A DNA stretch of 64,000 bases from Candidatus Melainabacteria bacterium 17Bon1m (GCA_032128875.1 JAVLKG010000001.1:1-64000), one strand, 5' to 3'; counted from the stretch's first letter, positions 29,935 through 40,539 are shown. Notes: generated by a model not told the origin, from the letters alone. A program made the numbers and translations.

Positions 29935-31418
29935 GCATTTCGCATTCAAAGAATAAGAAGAACGCGGGACTGCGTTGCATCATTGTCGAAACAGTGGACA
30001 ACAAACAGCCTCAAGATTACAAGCATATGTATCTCAAGCTGACCATCGGCTTTTCCGTCGCATTCGCATTTGTTTTCTACGCGCATCAGGGTGCACTGAT
30101 TGGGCTATGGAATCTTCTGGTTCTGAATTTTGCTCGCGATTGGTGGTTGTTGTTGCTTGCCGCTACTCTCTTTGGAATAGGTGTTGTTGTTGACGAGAAG
30201 AACAGAGATACACGTGGGCTCTTGCGCATAACTAGAGTAGACACAAAGGGAATTGTGTTGGGACGTCCCGGGCAGAAGAAGACCGAGGCGACTTTTTTCA
30301 TTCCGTGGAACATGCTCACCTGTGTCGAAAGTGGTGTCGATGAATCAGGCAAACAGCCGCAGGAGTTTGTGTTGCTGCGCATGGGAAACTATCTCGCATA
30401 CAAGTTGCGACGAGATATCGGATTTAACTGGATAGATGAGCAAACGCTCTTGACCAAAGCGCGTCAACACGCCCCTAATGCGAAGTACTTGATTGAGCGC
30501 AGTCCGACGGATGTGAAGCGCAATGATGCGAGGTACACGAACATTTGGTTGCAGTATCTTGCACCATCAGGAAAGCGGGAGCGTAAAGGTCACCTTCAAC
30601 GAGGCGATACGCTCAATCGAGGCAGATTCGAAATCGTCAAGGTGCTTGGTGCTGGTGGTCAGGGCACTGCCTACCTGGCTAAAGTTTTGGACGGACCTGG
30701 GGTTGATATTTCTGATCGCTTGGAAGAAGGAAAGCTTGTTGCAATCAAGGAATACATCTTGCCGATGCATGCTAACGATGGGTTGACCACGCGTCTCAAA
30801 GATTCGCTGGATAACGAAGCGAAGATACTGTCTGCCATCGATCATCCCAACATCGTGACCTTGTATGACTGCTTTGTTGAAGACCATCGTGGCTACATGG
30901 TCCTCGAATACATCGATGGAGCCTCGCTGCGAGCGCACATAAAGGAAACAGGACCGGCAAAAGATCTTCTTGTTGTCTGGTGGGCGCTTGAGGTCTGTTC
31001 AATTCTTCGCTATTTACAGGGATTGAAACCACCAATCGTGCACCGCGATTTGACGCCGGATAATTTGATCTGGAAAAGTGACAGGCATATCAAACTCTTC
31101 GACTTTACTGTTGCGCATAAATTCGATGCGCAACGTCTTGCTACAGTGGTAGGCAAGCAGTCCTACATGGCACCCGAGCAGGTGAAAGGCATGCCGTGTC
31201 CACAGAGCGATATTTATTCTCTGGGCGCCACCATGTATTTCTTATTGACTGGCGAAGACCCTGAGCCTCTATCAGTTGCGAGTCCGCGCGCTGTGAATCC
31301 AGAGGTAAGTGAAGAACTAGATCGGATCGTTCAGCGTTGTATGCAATTTGATTTGAAGAAGCGATATACAGATCCAAAAGAGATAGAGAAGGATTTGAGC
31401 GCGATAGGGGCGCCTTAG
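29931..31418 (+). CDS. Membrane Ser/Thr protein kinase
   Basis: ATGA-coupled to the previous kinase; GAGGQG, AIKE, HRDLTPDN, DFT, YMAPEQ and DIYSLG. Confidence 0.9.
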   Translation: MSISHSKNKKNAGLRCIIVETVDNKQPQDYKHMYLKLTIGFSVAFAFVFYAHQGALIGLWNLLVLNFARDWWLLLLAATLFGIGVVVDEKNRDTRGLLRITRVDTKGIVLGRPGQKKTEATFFIPWNMLTCVESGVDESGKQPQEFVLLRMGNYLAYKLRRDIGFNWIDEQTLLTKARQHAPNAKYLIERSPTDVKRNDARYTNIWLQYLAPSGKRERKGHLQRGDTLNRGRFEIVKVLGAGGQGTAYLAKVLDGPGVDISDRLEEGKLVAIKEYILPMHANDGLTTRLKDSLDNEAKILSAIDHPNIVTLYDCFVEDHRGYMVLEYIDGASLRAHIKETGPAKDLLVVWWALEVCSILRYLQGLKPPIVHRDLTPDNLIWKSDRHIKLFDFTVAHKFDAQRLATVVGKQSYMAPEQVKGMPCPQSDIYSLGATMYFLLTGEDPEPLSVASPRAVNPEVSEELDRIVQRCMQFDLKKRYTDPKEIEKDLSAIGAP

Positions 31419-31596
31419 GCGTTCTTAGGACCTTATAGGCGCGCATAGGAATGCCTCAGCCCTGACACTGGAGCGCTGCATCTCCTTTAACGCCAGGGGC
31501 GCCCGATTTTTGGCGTTTTCGTATTTTCCCCACTTACAAGGTGTGACCAAGTCTGTAGGATGGTCGTTATCCCGGCACAAAATAGGTTTATACAAG

Positions 31597-32385
31597 ATGG
31601 GCAACGACGTTCCCCGTGAGATGAGCGCACTCGCTCAGAACGAAGTCACATTCGCCGTACTTCGTGATTCAGTTGTCGACGACATGTTGACCAATGGAAA
31701 GGAAGCCGTCCTTCGCAGCAAAGTCACACCGCTCGCCGGTGGCGGCATGCGGGTGGAGACTTCCGGTCCCGTCGATGCGATGCTGAAAGACTTCACTGTT
31801 CAAGGCACTGTGACAGGTGAGAGCGTTGCGTTTAACCCGTTCCAATCCGGCTTTCGTTTGCCGAGTCCAGGGACGCACGTCGTCGGTAATTTTACTGTTG
31901 GAAACATGAAGGGGCAGGTGCTCGAGCGTGATAAGTTTGAATTCTTCGGCTCTGAAAAGAACTATCAATTCGACCGCGCTGATTTAGCCACCATTGGCAT
32001 AACCCGTACTGATGCAAGCGGCAAGGTGATTCAAAAACTCAATCCTGCTATTTCCGAAGAAAAGATCCAGGGCGGTCGCTATGTCTATGACGCTAACAAT
32101 CAGCCTGTGCGTGTAGCTCGCCTGAGCGAAGGTGATGCGAATTGCGGCAAGGAAAACATCTCCAATCCGGGCAATCGCCGCACTGAATGTAACTGGCTCG
32201 TCGATGACAGCTCTACCAAGATGACCTACTCGTACAACCAAACATACGACCGTGGAGATTTGCGTAGCGTCATTCGTGTGGGTGAAACACCGAAAGCGGT
32301 TGTTCATCAAATTCCTGAGTACGACAAGCAAGGCAATTTGATTGGCGTGACCACAAGCATCAGACCGGTAATCGTTAAAAAATAG
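31597..32385 (+). CDS. Hypothetical protein
   Basis: Long ORF of unknown family; ATG at 31597 preferred over TTG at 31510. Confidence 0.7.
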   Translation: MGNDVPREMSALAQNEVTFAVLRDSVVDDMLTNGKEAVLRSKVTPLAGGGMRVETSGPVDAMLKDFTVQGTVTGESVAFNPFQSGFRLPSPGTHVVGNFTVGNMKGQVLERDKFEFFGSEKNYQFDRADLATIGITRTDASGKVIQKLNPAISEEKIQGGRYVYDANNQPVRVARLSEGDANCGKENISNPGNRRTECNWLVDDSSTKMTYSYNQTYDRGDLRSVIRVGETPKAVVHQIPEYDKQGNLIGVTTSIRPVIVKK

Positions 32386-32434
32386 CCGCGCCCTATGCGC
32401 ATAAAATAGCCGCACATAGCATGGCAGGATACAG

Positions 32435-32517
32435 GTAATCGGCGGAACGCGACCACTCGTTCCGCCAATTACTTTGCGAGCCAAGCAAACTGGCGAAACG
32501 CGACCACTCGTCTCACC
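32435..32517. repeat. Duplicated hairpin between convergent genes, possible terminator
   Basis: GGCGGAACG-CGACCACT-CGTTCCGCC at 32441-32466 and a degenerate copy at 32492-32517. Confidence 0.6.
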
Positions 32518-32679
32518 AACGACTTGGAAGAAATCCGTTTTAGTCGCGAGGCGTTCATCAGTGTATGTCCTGGCACCGCATTTTAAGTCGGTAGCGCCTC
32601 TATCACCGCTCCGCTCGCGAACGATTTAATACTAGTGGTCCAATGTTGCCCGAAGGTTGCCAAATTTTGAGTCCTTTTC

Positions 32680-35640
32680 CTACGCGCGGTTGGGGAAGAA
32701 GACTGTGAACGTTGCGCCATTGCCTGTTGAGGAAGTGACGGTAATACTTCCGCCGTGCGCTTCTACAAGCATTTTGCAAATGTGCAGCCCCAGCCCAGCC
32801 CCCGCGATTGGGGCGGTTGTTGAGCCTGTGTGTTCAGAGTTGGAGTCATTATCCTGGCGAACCTTTTTTGTTGCTTGTTCGAATTTTTGGAATATCTTTG
32901 CTTGATCCTGTTCGCAGATTCCCGGGCCTTGGTCTGCCACACTGAGTCTGACTCCCGAGCCTTCCCTGTTCGCGCTTAATATTACCTGGCTGCCGTTGGG
33001 TGAAAATTTGATGGCGTTGCTTACCAAATTGACCAGAATCTGAAGAACTCTTTCGCGGTCGCCATATGCTTTGAGGTCTGATGGTTCGTTCACCAGTTTT
33101 ATCGATTTAAGGTCGGCGAGCAATTGCAAGGCAGTAATGGTCGAGGAGAAGACATCATTTACCGCAAACTCTGAAGCGTTTAACCGAAGTGAATTCTTGT
33201 CCAGCATCTCAATATTGGTGAGGTCATCGACAAGCGCACCGAGGCGGCTGAGTTCTGTCACTGCGTTGCGAATGTTGGTAGCGGCTTTGTCCGGCAGAGG
33301 TTGGTCGGAAGTTTCAAGGACTTTCGCTATTTCCTCACTTGTTTCCAAAATAGGATTCTTCAATTCTTCGCGCAGCAGCGAGAGAAGTTCCAGCCTTTGA
33401 TTTTCCAGCATCCTCAGCTCGAGCGCTGAATCGTAAATGTATTTGTCGAGCAATGCAATTTCATCTGTACCTCTCTCAGGAGCTTGAAGCGGTTCGGCGC
33501 TGTTTAATCGCTTTGCGTTGCCGATTGCGTTGTATAAATGCATTGTCAGTAGACGGCTTAGCAGTCTGTTTGCGAAGACTGTGCTTACAGTCACCATCAG
33601 AATTCCAAGCAACAAGATTGTAATCGCTTTCTTGCGATCGCGTAATTCTGAAGAGCGGTCATCTAAGAGCAATTTCTCTCGCTCACGAACGAGCCGTGTC
33701 CGGTAGAAATACATCTCTTCCGGCAGGCCCTGTCCTATTGACGGTAAGGCATTGAATCTGTCCTTTAACTCGTGTGATTCTGAAGTGAGAAAGCCCTGCT
33801 CAGTTGTTTGAATGTCTTTCATTTGCTTTTGCAAACGTTTGAGCATTTCTTTCTCTTCTTGGTCAGAACCTTGCTCAAATATTGCGGCCAGCTTATTCAA
33901 GCTGGCTTGGGTGGCTGCAACATATTGCAGCCTGCGCACAGCAAACTCCGCGCTTCTGGTCATGTTGAACATCATGGTGCAAATGCCGGAATACATGTGT
34001 CCGGCGTGAATGTTGTTGAGGTATTGAAGAATTTGATATGAGCGATATTCTCTTTGAATTTCGTTTTGCGAACTGTCAATCATTTGGCTGAGCATCCATA
34101 GCATGGTGCAGCAGATGATTGCAGGCACGATAATCAACGCAAGACCTGCTTCTGCGATTCTGGAGCGTTTTACCGAGAATTCCGTGTTAACAGGGCTCGC
34201 AGGATTTGCTGGATTCAGACGATTCACATGATTTGCAGAACCATTACTTTCACCAGTTGATTTTGGCGTTTGACCGCCTGCTGGTGCTGTTTGCTTGGGA
34301 AAAATCAGAGTTGTCTGTTCTGTCTCTGCACCAATAGCAATACCGCATTTTTCAGCCAGAGTTGCTGCCAGAGAGGCTTTAATTCCTTCGTGGTATGCGC
34401 CTCCCTTGTGTAATGCAGGTGCAATAGTCACGGCAAGCTGATCGTATTTGTCAGTCGTGAATGCTATTGTGCTTTTCTCTTGAAGCGACAAGCATGCGAT
34501 TATGCGCGCTGCAAATTCCAGATCTGAGCAAAACTCCAAGTCCAAGTCGTCATTGGAGAAGTGTAGCGAGTCTGGCTTCAACTGTCTTTTTTCTTGCAGC
34601 AGCTCTATCAATTCTGCAAGACTGTATCTATCGAAGTGGAGATTGAGCTTGTCGGCTTTCGCGCGCTCGAGGTCCAAAACATCATTTACGAGAGTAGCCA
34701 GGTCCTTGCATTTTTCTACTGGTCGGGCGAGTATAGCATTTGCTTTATCGCTGATTTGACCATATGCGCCATCTCTCGCGAGCGTGAGAATACCGCCGAT
34801 TGATGTTAGGGGGGCGCGCAGATCGTGGCTTACCGCTTGGATCAAATCTTCCTTGAAGTTGCGCAGGCTGAACAGTTTTTCTGCTGAAACTGCAATAGCT
34901 TGATCTAGCTCGCTAAGCTCATCTTCGCCACCTAAAAGTGAATGAGGCTTTTGGCCTGATTTTACCTGGTTGACGTGAGCGTAAATTTTGGTTAGGCGAA
35001 AGAGCAAAACCCGCGAACCCCAGAGTGCTGTCAATCCAGTCAATGCAACGCAGATTGCGAAAAATAGAGAAATGAGTTTTCTTATCTTCACGGAATGGCC
35101 GGAGAATGATTCTTGCGTTACGGGCTCAGTGCGCAACTTCTCAAAGCAGGTACCCATAGGATTTAGCCACTGATTGACCGACACATAGATTTGGGCTTTT
35201 AGAATCGGATTGAGTTCGTTGTTGAAATAACTAACAGCATCTTTTCGCATCAGCAAATAAACGCCGTGGTTGCACTGGTCGATTCTTCTCAGCAGTAGCT
35301 CTGTATCACGGGCATACTCCGGATGATTGCGCGTGAGCTCTGTCAGCGCCTGTTTCTTTTGAAACACTTGCTGCATAGACCAGTTGTACCGCTGTGATAG
35401 CTCTGGGCGCTTTGTGATGCTGTAGAAAAACGAAGTGTAAGCGCTCTCGATATGCACGCGCTGCAGGTCGTCGAGAACAGCTAGAATCCGCCGTCTGTAC
35501 ACGAGGTCGGCGAGGTTGTTGTTGACTTTACTAACTTCTCGGTAGAGAAATGCACTTATGCCGATTTGGAAAACCAGAGGCGCTACGATCAGAATCAGGA
35601 GTTGGTCGCGAATCTTTAGTTTTGGAAGCTTTAGATTCAC
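32680..35640 (-). CDS. Tandem (duplicated) membrane histidine kinase
   Basis: Two TM-sensor-TM-HAMP-DHp-CA modules; VSHDLRAPL in the first; NLVSNAIKF, DQGPGI and GAGLGL in the second. GTG at 35640 is the likely start. Confidence 0.85.
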   Translation of the reverse strand: MNLKLPKLKIRDQLLILIVAPLVFQIGISAFLYREVSKVNNNLADLVYRRRILAVLDDLQRVHIESAYTSFFYSITKRPELSQRYNWSMQQVFQKKQALTELTRNHPEYARDTELLLRRIDQCNHGVYLLMRKDAVSYFNNELNPILKAQIYVSVNQWLNPMGTCFEKLRTEPVTQESFSGHSVKIRKLISLFFAICVALTGLTALWGSRVLLFRLTKIYAHVNQVKSGQKPHSLLGGEDELSELDQAIAVSAEKLFSLRNFKEDLIQAVSHDLRAPLTSIGGILTLARDGAYGQISDKANAILARPVEKCKDLATLVNDVLDLERAKADKLNLHFDRYSLAELIELLQEKRQLKPDSLHFSNDDLDLEFCSDLEFAARIIACLSLQEKSTIAFTTDKYDQLAVTIAPALHKGGAYHEGIKASLAATLAEKCGIAIGAETEQTTLIFPKQTAPAGGQTPKSTGESNGSANHVNRLNPANPASPVNTEFSVKRSRIAEAGLALIIVPAIICCTMLWMLSQMIDSSQNEIQREYRSYQILQYLNNIHAGHMYSGICTMMFNMTRSAEFAVRRLQYVAATQASLNKLAAIFEQGSDQEEKEMLKRLQKQMKDIQTTEQGFLTSESHELKDRFNALPSIGQGLPEEMYFYRTRLVREREKLLLDDRSSELRDRKKAITILLLGILMVTVSTVFANRLLSRLLTMHLYNAIGNAKRLNSAEPLQAPERGTDEIALLDKYIYDSALELRMLENQRLELLSLLREELKNPILETSEEIAKVLETSDQPLPDKAATNIRNAVTELSRLGALVDDLTNIEMLDKNSLRLNASEFAVNDVFSSTITALQLLADLKSIKLVNEPSDLKAYGDRERVLQILVNLVSNAIKFSPNGSQVILSANREGSGVRLSVADQGPGICEQDQAKIFQKFEQATKKVRQDNDSNSEHTGSTTAPIAGAGLGLHICKMLVEAHGGSITVTSSTGNGATFTVFFPNRA

Positions 35641-35644
35641 TACG

Positions 35645-36322
35645 CTAGCTCTTGCTATTGATCCGATAACCCAAGCCTTTGGATGTTTCAATGAAAGATG
35701 CCTGACCTTCGACGTCCATTTTTCTTCGCATTTTGGTAATGCAACTGCGCAGTGCTACTTCCGTTGCTTCTGAATCAGTGTCCCAAACACGCGCCATCAG
35801 TGCTTCTGCTGTGAAATAGGTGTCTGGGTGACGCATGAGAAATTCGAGCAGAGCGAGTTCGCGTGGTTGCAACCTTACAAGAGAATCGCCGCGTTTCACC
35901 ACACCGGAATTGGTATCAAGCTGCATTCCCGCGATGTTTAAAACATCATTTGTCATTTGCTGTGGGCGTTTCAACAAAGCCTTCACGCGAATAACCAACT
36001 CTCGGACATCGAATGGCTTTGTCAAATAATCATCGGCACCGACTGCAAAACCTTTTTCCTTGTCGTCCATAGATGCGCGAGCAGTCAGGAAAAGGACTGG
36101 AGCCTGTTCGCCCTGATTACGAAAGTGTCCGCAAAGTTCGATGCCTGACTTGTGCGGAAGCTCCCAGTCGAGCACCAGCAATTCATAGCTGCCTGCGTCG
36201 ATGAAAGCCATACCGCTGCGACCGTCTTCGCACTCGTCGACAACGTGACGTTCAGCCTGCAGCGTGTCTTTCACCAGCTGTCGCAACATCGGGTCATCTT
36301 CGACTATAAGTATCTTAGCCAT
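35645..36322 (-). CDS. OmpR-family response regulator
   Basis: KILIVEDD, VLDWELP, DDYLTKPF and KGLGY. Confidence 0.93.
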   Translation of the reverse strand: MAKILIVEDDPMLRQLVKDTLQAERHVVDECEDGRSGMAFIDAGSYELLVLDWELPHKSGIELCGHFRNQGEQAPVLFLTARASMDDKEKGFAVGADDYLTKPFDVRELVIRVKALLKRPQQMTNDVLNIAGMQLDTNSGVVKRGDSLVRLQPRELALLEFLMRHPDTYFTAEALMARVWDTDSEATEVALRSCITKMRRKMDVEGQASFIETSKGLGYRINSKS

Positions 36323-36396
36323 AAAGTATGTTTAGCACAGATTTATACTCTGATTAGTGAAAGTTTTCGTGTTTCTAACTATGCAATTTCTCTACC

Positions 36397-38412
36397 CTAA
36401 TGAGACCGCTTAACTTCGGTTAGCGGCCAGATCTCACACATTTCTTTTTCGAGCTCCGGCGTGATTTCTTCAGGAAATTCCGGTCGATATCGGAGGTTCA
36501 TAGTTTTCAGCACATCAATCGCGTCTCTGACGGTGACTCCGCATTTGTCCACAGCGATGGACTGAAGGTTTTTTAGAGGAGTCAAGTAAGCCAGTCCTTT
36601 CTTGGTGATTTTGAGGTTGTAGCCAATATTGAGTTCTTGCAGATTAGGCATCGTTGCTAGATCTTTAAGGTCTTCATCACACACATCCGAGCCTGTAAGC
36701 GATAGAAAGTGCATTGACCTCGAACCTTTGAGCGCTTTGATTATTTTGCCGCCTTCTCTCAAGTGACAAGCCCTCAAGAACTCTAGATGCTTGATGCAAT
36801 CCATGTTGTTGAGACCTTTCCATGTGACATCTGTTCCGTCGATATTCAAAGACTTGAGAGGCAGCGTCTTGATGTAGCCGAGTCCGGTGTCAGTGATTTT
36901 GCAATTTTTGATGCCCAGTCCTTTGAGCTTTTTGAGGTGGCTGACATACACCATCTCATCGTCTGAGAGCGGCGCTTGCGCTGTGATTTTGTATGCGTAC
37001 CCTGCGTCGGTCAAACTGGCATCTTTGAAGTCTAATATCGCGATGTCGTCCTCCGCGAAGTTGTTCATGAATTGTGGGTGTGAAAGAAAAAGAGAGTTAG
37101 GGACAAACTGCAATTCCCTGTCAGCCGAGATCGTAACTAGCCCTCTGGCATCTTTAGTCACGCGCTGCCCTTGTGCGGTGAAAACAATTCGCCCAATTGA
37201 GAAACTCTCGGGAAAGTTGAATATGCGAAACTTTCCGTCTTGCGAAATTTTTGACCAGGGCAATCTCGGTAAATCCGGTGCATGTTCAATTGGCTTTTGG
37301 GATTGCATTTGGTTGTAGCAAACTATTGCAAGCATGCCTAAAACACCGGTGAAAAGAACGCATGCTGCGATGAGAAGATACTTTGTTTGCGGATTTGTTT
37401 GTCTTTTTTCCGGCACCACGACAGCTTTGTTGAGAATGGCGGTGCCTGTTAAACCCTTTTGAACACCAATTAGAATTTGCGCGACATCGAGCAAGCTTTG
37501 AATGCGTTTGTCCGGATCTTTTTCCAGCATGTTTGCAACGAGGCTTTCGACTTCATCCGGAAACTCTCTTCCCATCGAAGCTTCTTTCAGTGTGAGCGGC
37601 ATCTCGCTTTGATGTTTCATTATCGTCGCGATGGATGTTTCACCAGAAAAAGGTGGAGCACCCGTCAACACCTCGAACATCACACAACCCATAGAATAAA
37701 TATCCGAGCGATGATCGACTGTTTTGCCAAGGCATTGCTCTGGGCTCATGTAGAAAGGGCTGCCAAAGATTTCTCCGGTGCGTGTCAGCGAATCTGTTTC
37801 GTTGAGTCCGCGGTGCAAAAGTTTTGCAATCCCGAAATCGAGAACCTTCACATGTTCGTTTTCAGAATCGATGCCCGGTGTTGTTAGCATGATGTTGGAC
37901 GGCTTAATATCGCGATGAACGATATTGTGATTGTGTGCGTATCCCAGCGCGAAGCACAGCTCGACGAAGATCTTGATTGCCACATCGAGTGGCATGACGC
38001 CGGCTGTTTTCAAAACTGACGACAGCGTTCTACCTTGGACAAAATCCATTACCAGAAATGGTTTTACATTGTCGATAAAACCGAAGTCCCGGACCTTCAC
38101 CAATCCAGGATGGTCGAGTTTTGCCAGTAATTTCGCTTCAGCGTGAAAACGCTTGATTGATGATTCTGAAAACTCCGTGCCGGCAAGAGTTTTGAGCGCC
38201 ATCTGTCTGTTGAGCAAGACTTGCTCTACTTTGTAGACAACTCCCATGCCGCCTTCGCCAATGCTGTCGACCAGGCGGTATTTGCCTTCAACCATTGTGC
38301 CGATTGATAGCGATGAGCCAGGCATTTTGCCAAACGGATTCGAAGCGTCAAGTGTGCGCTCGTCGCTTGTCTCGCCTTCCCAGCTTTTGTTCGTCTCGTC
38401 GTTTGGCGGCAT
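36397..38412 (-). CDS. Ser/Thr kinase with TM and extracytoplasmic LRR domain
   Basis: GEGGMG, HRDIKPSN, DFG, YMSPEQ; TM; LRR repeats (ITDTGLGYI, ITKKGLAYL). Confidence 0.9.
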   Translation of the reverse strand: MPPNDETNKSWEGETSDERTLDASNPFGKMPGSSLSIGTMVEGKYRLVDSIGEGGMGVVYKVEQVLLNRQMALKTLAGTEFSESSIKRFHAEAKLLAKLDHPGLVKVRDFGFIDNVKPFLVMDFVQGRTLSSVLKTAGVMPLDVAIKIFVELCFALGYAHNHNIVHRDIKPSNIMLTTPGIDSENEHVKVLDFGIAKLLHRGLNETDSLTRTGEIFGSPFYMSPEQCLGKTVDHRSDIYSMGCVMFEVLTGAPPFSGETSIATIMKHQSEMPLTLKEASMGREFPDEVESLVANMLEKDPDKRIQSLLDVAQILIGVQKGLTGTAILNKAVVVPEKRQTNPQTKYLLIAACVLFTGVLGMLAIVCYNQMQSQKPIEHAPDLPRLPWSKISQDGKFRIFNFPESFSIGRIVFTAQGQRVTKDARGLVTISADRELQFVPNSLFLSHPQFMNNFAEDDIAILDFKDASLTDAGYAYKITAQAPLSDDEMVYVSHLKKLKGLGIKNCKITDTGLGYIKTLPLKSLNIDGTDVTWKGLNNMDCIKHLEFLRACHLREGGKIIKALKGSRSMHFLSLTGSDVCDEDLKDLATMPNLQELNIGYNLKITKKGLAYLTPLKNLQSIAVDKCGVTVRDAIDVLKTMNLRYRPEFPEEITPELEKEMCEIWPLTEVKRSH

Positions 38413-38553
38413 AGTGCTCCGCGGTGAGATTCCAGCCTTTCTGAAAGCCAGGCTTCGAACAGATTCTTTATACCCGCCTGTAGCCTATTTACGCCCCTTA
38501 ACTGTTGTATGGTACGTTACTTAGAAGTACTGGCTTAGAAGACCGGGGCCGGA

Positions 38554-39510
38554 ATGAAGCTGATAAATAAAGCCGAAACTGCATTTTTGGTCGCGTTGCC
38601 GCTTGCTTTCATATGGGTTTTGTTTTTTGTGACCCTGCCCGCATCAGCCGGCGATAAACCAGTGGTTTTGAACTTTCCCAAGCCTGCCATTGGGCGATAT
38701 TGCATTATTCGAACTGCGAGAGATCCTATGGACGACACTATAGTTCGCCGGGACGATTGGGCGACCGGACGAATTACTGTGCCGCCAGGTTGCTTGATGA
38801 GTCTGACGCTAAACTACAACGGCGGGCAAAATACAAAATTTCTCCGCACCCTGCCTCCTGGCACTCTGCGCGGTTTGGTATGTCGAGATTTGGAAATTGA
38901 TGACAAAGCAATTGCGGACATGTGCACTCAAAAAGGCCTTGTGATACTCAATTTGCAGGGCGTGGACCTTACAGACCAAGGCGCAAAGCATCTCAGTCCG
39001 TTGAAAGAGCTGCGGAAGCTGAGCCTTTGCGACACGCTGGTAAGTCCGAAGGGCCTTGCGGTGCTGCGCAACATGCCCTTGTTGCACAACCTGAACCTCT
39101 CGCGCCTGGCACTGGGCGAAGCTGTGGATAAACCCTTAGAGCCGTTGAAAAACCTCTTCTTGCTTGAGTTGACAGGGACACAGTTGACGGACAAAGCTGT
39201 GATTGAGCTGCCTTTCTTTCCGAAGTTGCAATCTCTTGTTCTTCGCCGCAATAACTTGACGGATAAGTGCATTGATTCCTTGCGCAAGTACAAAACATTG
39301 CGCTCGCTGGATCTCACCGATACCAATGTGACAATTGAAGGATTGAAGCGATTGAAAGCCTTACCGAAATTGCGTGACGTTACTGTTCGAATGAGAGATA
39401 TTAAGACTGCAGACAGAGCTCAGTTGAAGAAATTGATGCCGCGTGTGGAGATTCACGATGGTTCGCGCGAGCAGGTCGTTCCGACCGAAATATTTGCCCC
39501 ACTGCACTGA
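38554..39510 (+). CDS. Secreted leucine-rich repeat protein
   Basis: Signal peptide; repeats of the form LxxLxLxxTxxTDxxxxxL. Confidence 0.85.
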   Translation: MKLINKAETAFLVALPLAFIWVLFFVTLPASAGDKPVVLNFPKPAIGRYCIIRTARDPMDDTIVRRDDWATGRITVPPGCLMSLTLNYNGGQNTKFLRTLPPGTLRGLVCRDLEIDDKAIADMCTQKGLVILNLQGVDLTDQGAKHLSPLKELRKLSLCDTLVSPKGLAVLRNMPLLHNLNLSRLALGEAVDKPLEPLKNLFLLELTGTQLTDKAVIELPFFPKLQSLVLRRNNLTDKCIDSLRKYKTLRSLDLTDTNVTIEGLKRLKALPKLRDVTVRMRDIKTADRAQLKKLMPRVEIHDGSREQVVPTEIFAPLH

Positions 39511-39537
39511 GCTGTTGAACTAGAAAGAGAGTTGTAA

Positions 39538-40539
39538 ATGTGCAACAATCATCGCTGGTTTGAGCGTTGGTGGCTATTGCCAAAGGAAGCTATGAGAATA
39601 AATTTGCTGAGCTCGTGCTTGATTTCACACGCTCTTTCTTGTTCCCTCGTTTACGCAAAAGATGCTGCTCCAGCAGAAGCAATAGGCACCGTGAATGGTG
39701 TCAAGATAAAGATGCAACCGCAATTTCAAGAGGTTAACGATAAGTTTCGCGAGCTGTACTCCGAAACCCGCACACGGACAATAAAGAAGTCTCAGCCGAT
39801 TATCGTAGCCGTCAATGATGTGCTTAGTTTGCACGATGGTTCGACCAAAGAAACCACGCAAATAATTTCGGAGAAGTACACACTTCTGAAATCGGTAGAC
39901 CACATTGTGCTGGCTACTTTTGTTGCGCTGGAGCTTGACGCGGATCAGATTCTCAGTGAAGTGAAAGTAAAACAGATTCAGGAATTGAAGAGGCTTTCCG
40001 AGAAAGCGTCGGCATCTTTGGATGCAACCGGACTCAAAGGCGATTTGCTAGAACGGCAGAAGCAGTTGATCAATATGTCTCTCAAGTTTCAGAGTACAGT
40101 GATTGCAGAGCGGCGTGTTACTGCTGATGCATTGACCTCTTTCTGTCGCGACAGCGAGAAGATGGTTATGCAGAATGTTGATGATGCTGTAGCCGACCAA
40201 TTGCTTGCAATTGATACTCAGGTGCGGCAATGGCGAAAACAGCTAGGAGCTGAGCGCTGGGAAGGGTTGAATGTTGTGGTTGTGAGCGGACATATGCCGC
40301 GCGAGCGCAATACCACCATGCAGTATTTTGGAAAATTGTTGAAGGTAAAACGAGAGGGCGCGCGCCTCTATTACTGCGAAGGTCTATCAGAAGAGTCTGA
40401 CGGGTTAAACCTTGTTGGCACGCATATTCTCGACAGGAAAATTGCGGTCGCGTTTTTCAAAGATGAATGGCGTATGCACCGTGATTTGCTCAGTGACGGC
40501 GCAGCGAAATACTTGAGTAAGCACCCACCGCTGAAATAG
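39538..40539 (+). CDS. Secreted hypothetical protein
   Basis: Signal-like N-terminus from the ATG near 39592; mostly helical. Confidence 0.7.
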   Translation: MCNNHRWFERWWLLPKEAMRINLLSSCLISHALSCSLVYAKDAAPAEAIGTVNGVKIKMQPQFQEVNDKFRELYSETRTRTIKKSQPIIVAVNDVLSLHDGSTKETTQIISEKYTLLKSVDHIVLATFVALELDADQILSEVKVKQIQELKRLSEKASASLDATGLKGDLLERQKQLINMSLKFQSTVIAERRVTADALTSFCRDSEKMVMQNVDDAVADQLLAIDTQVRQWRKQLGAERWEGLNVVVVSGHMPRERNTTMQYFGKLLKVKREGARLYYCEGLSEESDGLNLVGTHILDRKIAVAFFKDEWRMHRDLLSDGAAKYLSKHPPLK

